This document shows, piece by piece, positions 45,469 through 58,555 of a stretch of 64,000 bases of DNA. This DNA is from Octopus vulgaris (lineage: Eukaryota). Where the stretch lies: positions 116,932,001 to 116,996,000 of the forward strand of contig OX597815.1 in assembly GCA_951406725.2 (NCBI GenBank). Direction: 5' to 3'. The notes beneath the pieces are model-generated. The model saw nothing but the letters and a program-made list of their open reading frames with translations, ran no database searches and was not told the DNA's origin. The translations under genes were made by a program, and so were the position numbers. Position 1 is the first letter of the stretch. Each line of letters begins with the position of its first letter.

Positions 45469-48400
45469 TATCTGATATAAAATATCCACATTGTTATGCA
45501 TTATATTCCTATGCTATTCACATTATATAATAGTTTGAACCTCTAGAGGTGGTACCTCAAAAAGACTACAACCTAATGACAAACCAGTAAAAGATTTAAA
45601 ACAAAAGAATATTAACAGTCAGCATAGATATACATATAGAGTGCTATACCAACAGTGAAACAAATACTATTCCATATTTTAATATTTATGCAAACATTTC
45701 AATACTTATCAGAAGTGTATTAATGATAAGTTTTGCATTAGTTAATACCAAAGCAGACATTGGAGCACAATACAGTCACCTGATGAACTGAATCACTGAA
45801 ATTGTCTGAATTATGCCAGCAAAAAAGACAGATGTTAAATATGATGATGATGGTGATGATGATAAAAGGAAAATTATTTTTCTTACCCAAAAAAGTCTAT
45901 ATCATTTCTGACAATGTCATAAGACACTACTACAAGGTTATGTTTTTTCACAAGTTTTTGTAATCTGAAAAAGAAATATATATAATCCTGAAGTATTTAA
46001 CACTTTAACAGTTTCCAGATACTAAGCATTTTTTAAAGAATCAAAATTACTAGATATAACAAATTAATAACAGTTTTGATGTGCTAAATAAAATTAAACA
46101 GACTTTCTTGATATATATATATATTGTTCATGAAACTTTCATTACCTTACTCTTTCACCAGGTGGTCCAGTGTAGTGAAGAGGGTTCAAATATTTGGAAG
46201 ATATGAATTTCTCTATTTCATATATCCAATGACCTGTCAAAGTTGGAGGACAAACTACTATTGAAGGTAAGTGGGCACAATCAGGGCTACCAGTTTTCTA
46301 TGGAAAATAAAAACCAAACAATCATTTCAAAAAATAATGATGTATGTAAAGATACACAATACTTGAAAATATATAATTTCATAGGGCCTCACAAATTTAC
46401 AGACAAAAGCCAATTGTTGTTCATTAAGTCCCCTTCCCCTTTAAAATAAATAGTTGTGTATGAGCTTTAAACACAATCACCAGTTCACAAAAAAAACCAG
46501 GATTCCCAAACAACTCAAAGATTCATATAGTTTGCATAAAAAAAACTTTATGCTCGCAAAATATCAGTACAACACTTATCTAATAGCTATGGTCAACATA
46601 TGTAAAAAAAAAAAAAAATAGACCAATGTGTAAATCACAAATATGAAAAATAGTGTAAATGACAAATAATGACAGCACTAATACAATGTACACACATACC
46701 CACCTTAAATTCATCAAGTCGTCTATTATGATCACAGGACAATATACATATAGACTGCAATGTTTTTCCAAGACCCATATCATCACACAGAATACCATGT
46801 AATTTATATTTGTTCAGAAACCCCAGCCAATTAACACCATCCTAGAATTATTAAAAAAAAAACAATATTGTAAATAAAGTGATGATTAGTTGAGAGAAAA
46901 TATAGGAAAGTTAATCCACAAAACCCATATTAAATATTAAATTAAGTTTGTTGATACCAACCAGCTCAAGACTATTTCTGTTCTATGATACAAACCTTCT
47001 GGGTTAACCTCCAGTGTTTGACACAAGAAAAAAACTGGAAAAAAATAGTGTAATAGGTATAAAACAACATGTAGTAAGTGAATATGAAAAAACATGTGCG
47101 CTGATGAGACAACTTGGAAAATTCACATTGGGAGTGTTCTGAGTCCTCTCACCATTTCCTCATTTGTTGGCGCAATTTTTTCTTCATATTTGTTTACTAC
47201 GCATTATTTTACACCTAGTACACTATTTGTTTTCAATTTTTGTGATGGGGGTGGGTGGGGTGCAGACTTGGAGAATTCACACAGTCCAGTAACCCGACTT
47301 CGACACCCAACTACCAAAAGAAAAAGTGCAATAGGTGTAAAATAATGTGTACTAAAATAGTGTAAAAACAAATGCACTCTGGTGAACAGGTGGGTGGTGA
47401 GGACAGAACTTGGAAAATTCACATGATCAAACTCACAGGATCCGAAAACTCAATGCTAACACCCGGTCAGAAAAATGAAAAAAAATAGTGTAATAAGTGT
47501 AAAACACAGCATGTAGTAAACAAATATGAAAAAAAAAATGTGCACTGGTGAATGGGGGGAGGACTCGAAAAATTTGCTTACCCAAGGTGCCATGCAGTGG
47601 GACTGAACCCGGAACCGTGTGGTTGGGAAGAATATCCCATTTTCTTGAGGGGAAAAAATTGGATCGTGTGAATTGTCCTGGTCCACCAGAAATGGACTTG
47701 TTGTTTATACCCGAGAAATGGACAATGCACAGAGTATAATTATTTCTATAACATCACTCTCTATTAGTAAATTTTTTTTCTCGTAGCAATTTAAAGGAAT
47801 GTTACAGATAATTTATTTTATTAACATGAACTGTCCGTCAACAGTGGAAAGTTTTGTAATTAGGGGCAGGGTAAGGGCGAATAATGGAAATTGTAGTTTT
47901 GATACCCATGGCAGTGGCACATAAAAAGCACCATCCGAACGTGGCTGTTGCCAGCGCCGCCTTGATTGGCGTCCATGCTGGTGGTGCGTAAAAAGCACCA
48001 ACTGATCGTCGCCGTTGCCAGCCTCCTCTGGCCCCTGTGCCAGTGGCATGTAAAAAGCACCCACTACACTCACAGAGTGGTTGGTGTTAGGAAGGACATC
48101 CAGCTGTAGAAACACTGCCAGATAAGACTGGAGCCTGGTGCAGCTTCCTGGCTTCCCAGACCCCGGTCAAACCGTCCAACCCATGCTAGCAAGGAAAACG
48201 GATGCTAAACGATGATGATGATGATTGCAGCATGTAAGATATTTGTAAGCAATTCCTGAACAACAAAAACCGTTACTTTCACTGCAACATTTAAATTTCA
48301 TTTGTGCCTAAATATTTTCATTCTTTGAAACCACGAAAAAACCCTGACAAAAATTTGTGCTGCATCTGTTTTGTCAGTGAACAAGTCTCGGTTTCAAAGT

Positions 48401-51400
48401 AACGAAAATATTGAGATTGAAATGAGATTTAAATGTTGCAGTGAAACTAAAGGGTTTTGTGTGTGTGTGTGAGAGAGAGAGTTCTTGAATGGCTTACAAA
48501 CATCTACATTGCAATTGTTTCTGTTAATACCATCATGCAGAAGACAGAATTGAAAAAATTTTCTGTGCAAATTTTTGTTTTCATCTTCATTAATAGCATA
48601 GACAATTTTTCCTCTGAAATTCCACCTTCAGCCTCCAGGACACGTTGGTCAGCCCAAGGCTATATAGTTGAGGACACTTACTGGCAAACGGAGGAGGGGG
48701 GGGGGGCAGGACAATTCACATGACCCAATTTTTTTCCCCTCAAGAAAAATGGATATTCTTCCCAACCACACAATTCCGGGTTCAGTTCCACTGCATGGCC
48801 CAATGTGCCATGCAGTAGACCCTGTGACTTTGATCATGTGAATTTTCCGAGTATTCTGTCCCACCCCGTTTGCCAGTGCACATTTTTTTCCTTATTCATT
48901 TACATGTTGTTTTACACTTTTTACACTATTGTTGTTTTTTTTTCATTTTTGTGACAAGTGGTAACATTGCGCCAATGAACGGAGAAATGGTGAGTGGACT
49001 CAGAACACTCCTGATGTGAATTTTCTGAGTCGTTTCCCCCCACTCCTGTTCGCCAGTGTGCATTTTTTTTTTCATATTTGTTTACTATATGTTGTTTTAC
49101 ACCTATTACACTATTTTTTTCTTCATTTTTTTGCTAGGGTCAAACACTGGAAGTTAACCACCTTCTGTAATCAAAATTAAAACTTTCCTTCAAAATTTTC
49201 AGCCTTAATAAAGACAAAATGATTTTATAAAATTCTACAATCTCTTCAGAACTAATTAAAATTAAGACAGTGTATTTCAACAGAAATATAGAAATGACAG
49301 GGTTAACCCAGAACAGAATAGAAAATATATAATGTAACAAAAAACTTGTAGATATAAAGAATACTACATAAGATGGAAAAATCTTGCTTCACTCAATTTT
49401 CTCTTATATTCTTTCACATATTTGCTTTTTTACTTGAATATATTCATTTACTGATTTCATTCATTGGACTGTAACCATGCTAGGGCACTGCCCTTCAAGG
49501 GCTCTTAGTCAACCACATCAAACTCAGCCTGATACATATCTATCAATCCATATTTGTCAAAATGCTAAGTTATGCCTTGTGCCTACAGTTGAAAGAATTA
49601 CTACCATGTGCTGAGTTTAAATTCTGCCAAGATTGGCTTTACTTTTCATCCTTTCAAGGCTTATAATTAGAATTATTATTGCTGTTGTTCTTGTTTAACA
49701 CAGCAACTTTACTGAGAGATGTAATAAAGCATCAGCTGTCTACAACCAATAGACTAAATACTTTTCATTCAGATTTCAAGAACTTTGCGAGGTATTCATG
49801 CAGTTTCAAGCAATGCTATTTTCTGTAGATGTGCTACCTACTATTATTATTAAAATAAAGGTGGCAAGTTGGTAGAATAATTAGCAAGTCAGACAAAATG
49901 CTTAGCAGTATTTCGTCCGTATTTACATTCTGAGTTTAAATTCCTCCGAGGTTGACATCCTTTCAGGGTCAATGAACTAAGATCTGGGACTGATGTAATC
50001 AACAAACTCCTCCCTTAAAATTTCAGGCCTTGTGCCTATAGCAGGAAGGATGATGACAATGACAAGTAAAGCCTAGAAAAATTAGAACTTATTGTAATAA
50101 TAAAACATATATTAAACATTTTAAATCTGAAAGATAGGTAGTAATATATATTTGTAAACCCACTATTTACCTGTTGGTATTTACGAAGTTCAGCAGTAAT
50201 TGGAACAGATACAACATAATTTTCAATCTTTGAGTTGTCTAATAACTGCTCTAAGAACTTGCGTTCTCGTTCTTTCTGTTGTACTAAAGATGTTTTCATT
50301 TTGGGGTTGTCAGAAAGGCCTGCCTGAAAAATACAAATTGATATTTAGACATTAAATTATAAACTTAAGAAACTTAAGCATGACAATATTTTCAAAGAAT
50401 AAATAAATTAAATAAAAGTTACCTCAAGAGGTAGCAAACAAATGAGGGTTGCAAAACAATGAGTAGCCATGAGTCGAACAGCTTCATTCTGGTCACACAT
50501 TCGACCCAAGATAGGTACCACAAGTAGTACAATAAAGGGAATTATATTTACTCCAAGACGATCAATAACATCTTCTAGTTAAGAAAATTATATTTTTTAA
50601 ATATCAGTCTGAAAATTAAAAGGAAATATGAAACAAATTCATCCTGAAAATTAAAATTCTAATGTCTTTCTATGCATATATCTGCTTTTATTTGCATAAC
50701 ACTCCCCCCACTTCTCTTTGTTTCCCCATTTCTCATACTACTTCTTTATCATGGGCCACCTAGAACTCTACAAAAGCAAGTTCAACCATTGAGCTTTTGT
50801 TATTCAAAAGACTAAGGAAGATAATACGATCCTTCTACATGCGATTTAATAGCAGAGAAACAAAACAAATGAATGCAATGAACAGGAAAAGGATTAATTG
50901 TGCATGGGTGGTGAATAAGCGGTCTTATTAGACAAGCTGAGAAAGTAAATAGGCATCGAAAACACTGATATATCTATATTCCATTTAAGCATATGACAAC
51001 TGAATGCACAGTATTAAGAAGTCTTATCAAAGGCAAAACACATCAGTTGTTCTTGTGAGTGACTGCAGCAATGATGCTCATCTCAGCTTCATATATATTG
51101 TACTTTTAACACAATAAGTCTATGAAAAGATCTTATCTCATACAATTCTACAGCTTCATATCTTCTAGTGGTGTGCACACTAAAGTATGATACAAAGATG
51201 GTGATTTTCATCTTAATTCTTTTTCTCAATTGAGTATATTGAGTTTTTCTACAGCCCTGCAACCTTCCACAATACCAAAGAATGTTTTATTCAATATTTC
51301 CTACATATCAAGGCAGGAATTTAATTTCAGCAGGTGATAATTGGGTGCACAACATTGATAATGCCTCAAGAAAGGTGAAACATGTCTGTCATTCTTGTGA

Positions 51401-54400
51401 GTCACTGCAGTGACAATGTTCATCTTGCTCTGATATATATTGTGTCTATGAAAAGAATACCTTAGACAATTCCATAGCTTCATGCCTTCTAATGGTTGTA
51501 TACATTTAGCACAATACACAGATGGTAATTATATATTCATTCATTTAACATCTGTTTTTCCATGCTACCATGGGTTAGACCAGGAATGAGCAACCTTTTC
51601 CAAGAAATGGGCAGCATGAGACATGCACCAGGTGGGCTACACAACAAAAAAAAATTCATGGAAATTTTTCATTAAGCATGCCATTCAAAAAGTCGCAGTT
51701 TGCCCATGACTGTGTTAACTAGTAAGGTATTAGGGGCAGGATTTTTACAGCTGGATGCTCTTTTTGTCACCAACCTTATATGTTTTTCAAGTAAGTGTCT
51801 CTTTTTTAATCAAAAGGAATCTGAAAGCACAGAGCTTATTTATTAGAAAATGTCAACAAGTAGCCAGTCTCTACCCAATTACAAACAGCAATGTTTGTAA
51901 TTGTAGCCCAGCATGGATTATAAACATTCAGACACACATACATGCATGCATGCACACATACACACAGAGCAGGCTTCTTTCAGTTTCTGTCCACCAATTT
52001 CCCTCACAAAGTATCTGGTCTGTCTGGGGCTATAACAGAAATATTTATTCAAGGGGCATGAAGTGTGACTGAACCTAAAATCACTTGACTGCGAAACAAA
52101 CTTCTTAATCACACAAGCCTACATCTCCAGACAACCATACCTATACCTATATATAGCATGGTGGTTGAAAAACATTTTGAATCAAGCAAAAAAGAGGGGA
52201 CAGCTATTGATACAAATTGTTACAGATTAAAGGCCAACTGAAAGTAGGCTACAGAATACAAAACTGCATTCCTGGGGCAAAAAGATTGTATAAATTGTTT
52301 AGTACAAAATTTTTAAAGTAACTAAACATCCATTCAGATTACTGATTTTTTGCATGCAGTCAGTTGAATCAACCCCAATACAAACAAGGATTTTTTATTG
52401 GATCTGAAGAGAAGAATAAAAAGTATAGTGAACTTAAGTAGAATATGAACTTGGTATATAGATAAATAGAACTGAATACTGAATGGCATTCAGTTAAACT
52501 TTACCATTTCTTTCATTCTAGTGCCCTTTCTATAGCAAATGAGTTTTATCTCTTAGACATAACACAATACACTACTTACAGTACACTGAATTGAATGCAA
52601 TAAATGAAGACTAAAATGTGCATAATGTACAAAAGACAATGCTTGACATATTGTTGTCTCAACAATATGTCGATTTCTAAATTTACAAAAATCATTCCAG
52701 TCACATGCACAAATGGTATTATTGAAGCAATGTCGAGACTTGTGGAATTAAGTCAAACAAATGTTATTGCATGTGGGATGAATCTGACTATTGGCCAAAC
52801 CCACTGTGAGGATTGCCCAATCGCCCACCTTTAACAAGACAGGGCAGGCAGTGTTTCTCTGTCTAGTGGCTATGACAAAAGAGCTTGGGTAGTGGACAAG
52901 GCTGAAAGGATTGAGGAAAGATGCCTTCCTCTTCAGTCAAGCCCTCATTGGCTTTTTGAAATGACACCTTAAAAGGATAGTGATGGTGGAGAGGAAAGTG
53001 CTACCTCCCAGTGAATTTGTGAAAAGATGGGTGACTATGGCGAAAATGGCGAGGGTGACTACAGCAAAAATGGCAAGCACAAGCCTGCAGAATGGAGAAC
53101 AACAGTTGGGAGAGGGCTTGTATTTTTGGTGGACTGGGTATCCCTGGATTTGTGGGGTTTGATTGGCCTTAATTAGAGTCACTCCTGTATCAGGAGGATG
53201 ACACCTTCATGTTATCACAAACTTTGTATACTATATACACTTTTATTGCATTTCACCATCTTTTCCATTTCTTACTCATCTTTTAAATAAACCCCAACAA
53301 ATTGTTGACTGTCTTTGTGATGTCCCCTTCATCTGTGCCCCAGTGGCTAAGAAAAGAAATTACGATTATTATTCCCGTTTTTTTTTTATCGTACCATACA
53401 ACAATTTTATACCCATTATAAATTATTTCTAAACAGAAAAAAAAGAGAGAATTGCTTGACTGGAACTAAGGTGTTGCATAAAACAAAAAACGTCATACAA
53501 GACAAAAAGGATACTGGCTAGAACTTCACATGCCCCTTGTCGTTGTGTGAGATTATCTGAGGCACCAAGGTAAGGCAACACAACTTCAATGATGTGTGTC
53601 ATGACAAAAAGTGTATCTAGTTGAGCAAGAGTACCAACAACACGACAAGCCAAGTGACGGATACTGGTGTAGCAGTTCTGTAGATATCCACTTAAATCAG
53701 GAAGCAATTCTAGGACCTAAAATAGAAATTTCCACATATCAAATGAATCAAGAATATAAACAGTAACAAAAAAAATAAACTATCTAAATAAGAAATCTAC
53801 TCTTTTAAAAAGCAAATGAATTCTTAAAAAAGGCCACTTGAAAAGAGGCCTGATCAGCCATCATGTGAAAACCAAACAAATTAAAATAAGACAATCTGTC
53901 AGATCATGACAGCTTCACTTATGGATATATTTATTTCTTTACAAGGTAGCACCATAAATAAAATGATAAAAGCTGAAATAACTGCCTTTCAAGTAGTTTT
54001 CTGCCAGTTATTGTAAAAAGAATTTGAGGTGGGGGGCACTCTCCATAGTCTGCAACACTGATTGATGGACACCGCCTATATAAATTCAACTCTTTCTCTC
54101 TCTCTTTCTTTTTTTTCTCTCTCTCAGTTATTTTCCAAAGTGACATTTCCTAATTTAAGACAGTGGAGTGTAGTTTGAGGGAAATTTAGCTTTTATATCT
54201 TGTAGGTCAAATGTCAAGTACGTTTTCTAGTTGTGTATACCCAAAACTTTGCTGAAAGATATTCCAGTTATGACAACCTCATCATTCATATATCAAAAAG
54301 TATTTATTTAAAACAGTAAGGTATAACTGTTTGCGATTATTCAAAATCATTCCACATCAAGAACACAGTCACTCAGCTATCTATTTTCATCATGTTTAGT

Positions 54401-57400
54401 GACTAGGTTTAGCTTCTTATTGACCAACATTGTCTACCAACAAAAATTCTCTTTCTCTGTTCCCTTCCTGTCTTACATTTTTATACTTTCAGAGTATGTG
54501 GTTGAATTAACAAGTCCATTACTTCAGAGAAATGATCATCTTTACAGAAACATTGTGAATCTTGATTTCCTTTTGTAAGGTAAAGAGGGAGATTTCTTTT
54601 TGGTTAATTATATACATGACACCTTAACATCATTACAATAAAATTTAATAACAATAAATCCAAATATCTGATCCTTTATATCAGGCTTATCAAATTTAGA
54701 GAATTTTCAAAATCTTACTTGAGATAAGAGAGATTTACTAAGTGCATTAGCTACACATTCCAAAACTTGCAAACTGTTAATAATTTCTTGTAATTCTGTT
54801 TCTGATAGTTTACCACTATTAGCTAGAAAAAGAAAACAAACAAACAAAATTGACATTATTATTTGTAAAATTTAAACTAATTCTCAAGTAATATTCATTC
54901 AAACATATCGTCAACAACTTTGGAAGGAGACAATTCAAGAATAAACTAAGATTTTCCATGAAATTTTGATTAAAATTTTAATTTACTATCATTATTCAGT
55001 AACATCAAAAATGGAATGGCACAAAAAGTGATGTCACTAAAATTGCTTTTCCATGTTATTTATGAACCCCATTCAATTTGAGATGAAGTTTCCTAGGAGT
55101 TTTTTTATAAATAACTTAAAAGTATCAACTTGCAATATTCAATATTATGTAGTTTAACCAATAGGCATGCACAAGACATATTACAGGGCAGATTACATTA
55201 CCCTTTCTGCCACTCTCTATTGTCTAGCTTTTATAATAAGTAATCAATTAAAAGATTATGAATAATAATTATATTCAATGCAGGGTGGAATAAAGCAAAA
55301 CAAAATATTTAAAAATAATATTAAAAATAAGTATGTACAAGCAAAATAAACTACATTATATGAAAAGATTGTAGAGCACAAAAATAGCAAGGATTAATCA
55401 AATAATTTATTACTAATAATATTAATAGTTATTAATGAAGAGACTAATTCTTTCTAATTTGGGCACAAGGCCAGCAATTTTAGGGAGAGGAGGTTAGATG
55501 AATACATCAGCACAATGCTTAACTGGTACTTATTTCATCAACCCCAAAATAAGGAAAAGTAAAGTTGACTTCAGCAGAATCTGAACTCAGAACATAAAGA
55601 GCTGGAAGAAATGCCATTAAGCATTTTGTCCAATGCGTTAACGATTCTGCCACCTTGTTACCTTAACTGAGAGAGAGAATAATGGAAAACAATTCACTAA
55701 GTAAATTCATTACTTTTTTTTTTTATTAAAAGTAACCACAAACAATCTTATGAAAGTTTAATACAGATGCATTTTTAAATTCCATTAAGAAATAAACGAA
55801 TTTTAAAAAGGTGAAGCAAAAAATATACCTTCTTTGATTTTGTTATCATTCAAATTCAAGGTAATATTAGACCAAAGAGCAGGAACCTCAGTGGGTAAAT
55901 CATCTTGAAACAAACGTGCTATGGTACTTAATGCACATTCAGATCCTACACGTTGAATAGCTAAAAACTTCTGTAAAAAAAAGAGAAAATTTCCATTTTA
56001 ATCAAGATGCCTTAAAAAATAACATTTTAAGATAACTTACTTGCTCTTGTAATTTTCTGATTTTAATAGGAACTATTATAATTCTGCCATTTGCTTTTAT
56101 CAAAATTAGGTTACTTCTTAGTGACATTTAAAAATTTTGAAAATATTAATTTCTGTAATTCATTCTATGTACATAATCTATTTTATGTGTATGTGAAATT
56201 ACTTGGATGATAAATAAAAAAAATTTCAAAATTATATATATGCTTTAGATCTTCACTCAAGTGGACAGTCTTCATTATTATCTTGTCGTAATAAACTTTG
56301 TTATATTATCAAAATAGTTACAGACATGGTTGTGTGGTTAAGCCCAGGTCAACCAAAGCCTTGTGAGCAGATTTGGTAGACGGAAACTGAAAGCCCATCA
56401 TGTGTGTGTCTTTGTGCTGGTATTACATAATAGTTGTAAATGAATGTCACTGTCATATAAGCAGTGTGTTTCATTTTCAATATTCTGTGAAAAACAGACT
56501 ATTGGCCACAGAATATTTCCATAAGGAAATATCTTGCTTAGAAACAGACAGGAAGTGCACTAGAAAATCTGCTTCAATAAACTCCATTTGACCCATGCAA
56601 GCATGGAAAAGTAAACATTAAGACAATGATCATGATGAAACTGAAAGTAAATATACTTTTTTAGTTTCAGTTTCACTGACAGGAAGAAGTAAAAATAAAT
56701 ACCTCATTTACTTCATTTTCATTTGTGTTAAGATCAACTGAGGCATTAGAAGCAGCTGAAGCCTGTTGACAATTCTTGTAGTTTTTCTCTGGAGTCTAGA
56801 AATTAGAAATTTTATAAGGATATTTTGCATATTAAGCTGACACTTTCTGTTAACTGGAGGTAGAAAACTTATATCAAATCATTTACACTATTTGTCCATA
56901 ACAGTAATTATCTTTCATAGATGCTTAGCACTGTTATTATAACCTGCCCCCAATTAACTATAACTTTCTAATTACAGCAGATTCTCAAATGTTACAGCTT
57001 ATGTTTCTCTGCCATAGACCATATCATTTTTAACAGAAGTCATTTATATATAGAGAGGGATGGAGGGGGAGGGAGAGGGGGTAAGTATAGCAGTTAACAT
57101 TCTTGAGACTCAGTCACAATGCTAATTTGAGCTCCTTCTCCATTACTAATTGTGAAACATAATCAAAATTATCACTCATTATCAAACAGTGGAACAAACC
57201 TAGTTAGACTTTGGATGATCTTATCACTAAGTCACCTTCAGGTATCCCAATTTCATGATGATGAGAGACTCATCATCACCATTGTAACAATTTTCCCATC
57301 CATGCAAGAGGTCATCACAGTCCAAGTCATTTTTTTTTCCTAAGTTACTACCTTCCTAGTGGAATCAAAGAACTACACCAAATCCCACTCATAGATTTCA

Positions 57401-58502
57401 TTTTTGGCATAATTTCTACAACTGAATTTTCTTTCTAACAACTGCTTAGAAGAGTACACGGGATGCTTTTATCATGGCACTAGCATTAGACATAGTGCCA
57501 TATTTTTGACAAGAAGGAACCATCCTCTCTACCCTATATAGTTTCCATTTGTTCCTCAACCTCTTCATAGAGAATGCACTGTATTGTGGCACCAGCACTA
57601 GAGATGTTCCCATATCTTCAACATGAAAAAGTCCTCTCCACCTTACATTGTCTAATTTTAGTTTATAAAAATATAAACATAAAACAGGATCTTACTTTCT
57701 GTTGGTTTGTTAATGTAAGAATACCAGAATATTCAGTACAGCCAACCTCATTATTTTGATCATCTATAAAAAAAAGATTAAACGCATAAATAAATCCAAA
57801 AAGTAAGATATACATTATATGAACAACTAAAACATATTTTCAAGACTAATACAATTATTTAATTACATTTAACAATTTCATAGAAAATAATTATTTTTTG
57901 TTTCAATTTCTAGCTTACTGACCAAAACATTATTTACCTGAGTCTTTGAGTGCTAATTTGATAGTGGGTGTTATTGATGAATCTGAACACAGGAATGTGC
58001 AAAGGTTTTTTATCACTTTATCACTTGGATTAGGAGTTCGAGATAAACACATTTTCAAAAGCCTTGCTAAACAATTTGCAGCACACATCTGGAAAAATAA
58101 TGAAAATCTTCAAAGAAATCACTTTTTTTTAATATTGTTATATTTAAAAGAGATGATGAAAACTTGTGAGTAGTTCCAAAATATGAATGATTTTAAATTA
58201 AATTGTAATTTCTCAACAGGATTCCAATATTGTTCAATCATGGTTGTCATAATACAGTTTCTATTAACCAACTTTTTAATTAACAAATTTGCTTTTAAAT
58301 TAATTTTAGGTATGGAGCTAAGGTGCTTTCTTGACTAATAAGATCAACAAGTAATTTAAGGCCATTTTTCCCAACTGAATAGAGGTCACTCTTGTGAGAC
58401 CATTAACAGTCTTCTCTAAAATGCCCTATCCTTTACATACCACCTCAAAAAACATTCAAATGAGTTTGATTAATTGCTTGACCAAGCACAAGTTTAAAAG
58501 TT

Positions 58503-58555
<53 letters not shown>

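Larger units (their letters stand above)
47002..49159. mobile_element. Non-autonomous Merlin-like fold-back DNA transposon
   Basis: Termini GGTTAACCTCCAGTGTTTGAC / GTCAAACACTGGAAGTTAACC, perfect 8-bp TSD accttctg (46994-47001, 49160-49167), long imperfect arms built of subrepeats; superfamily call rests on GG..CC ends and TSD length. Confidence 0.75.

Noticed and set aside
52690-53200. GC-richer segment with [10 protein letters not shown], resembling an RTE endonuclease N-terminus
   Set aside because: One weak motif only; too decayed to call
57052-57082. G-run cluster able to form a G-quadruplex
   Set aside because: Low-complexity purine tract in an intron with no evidence of function
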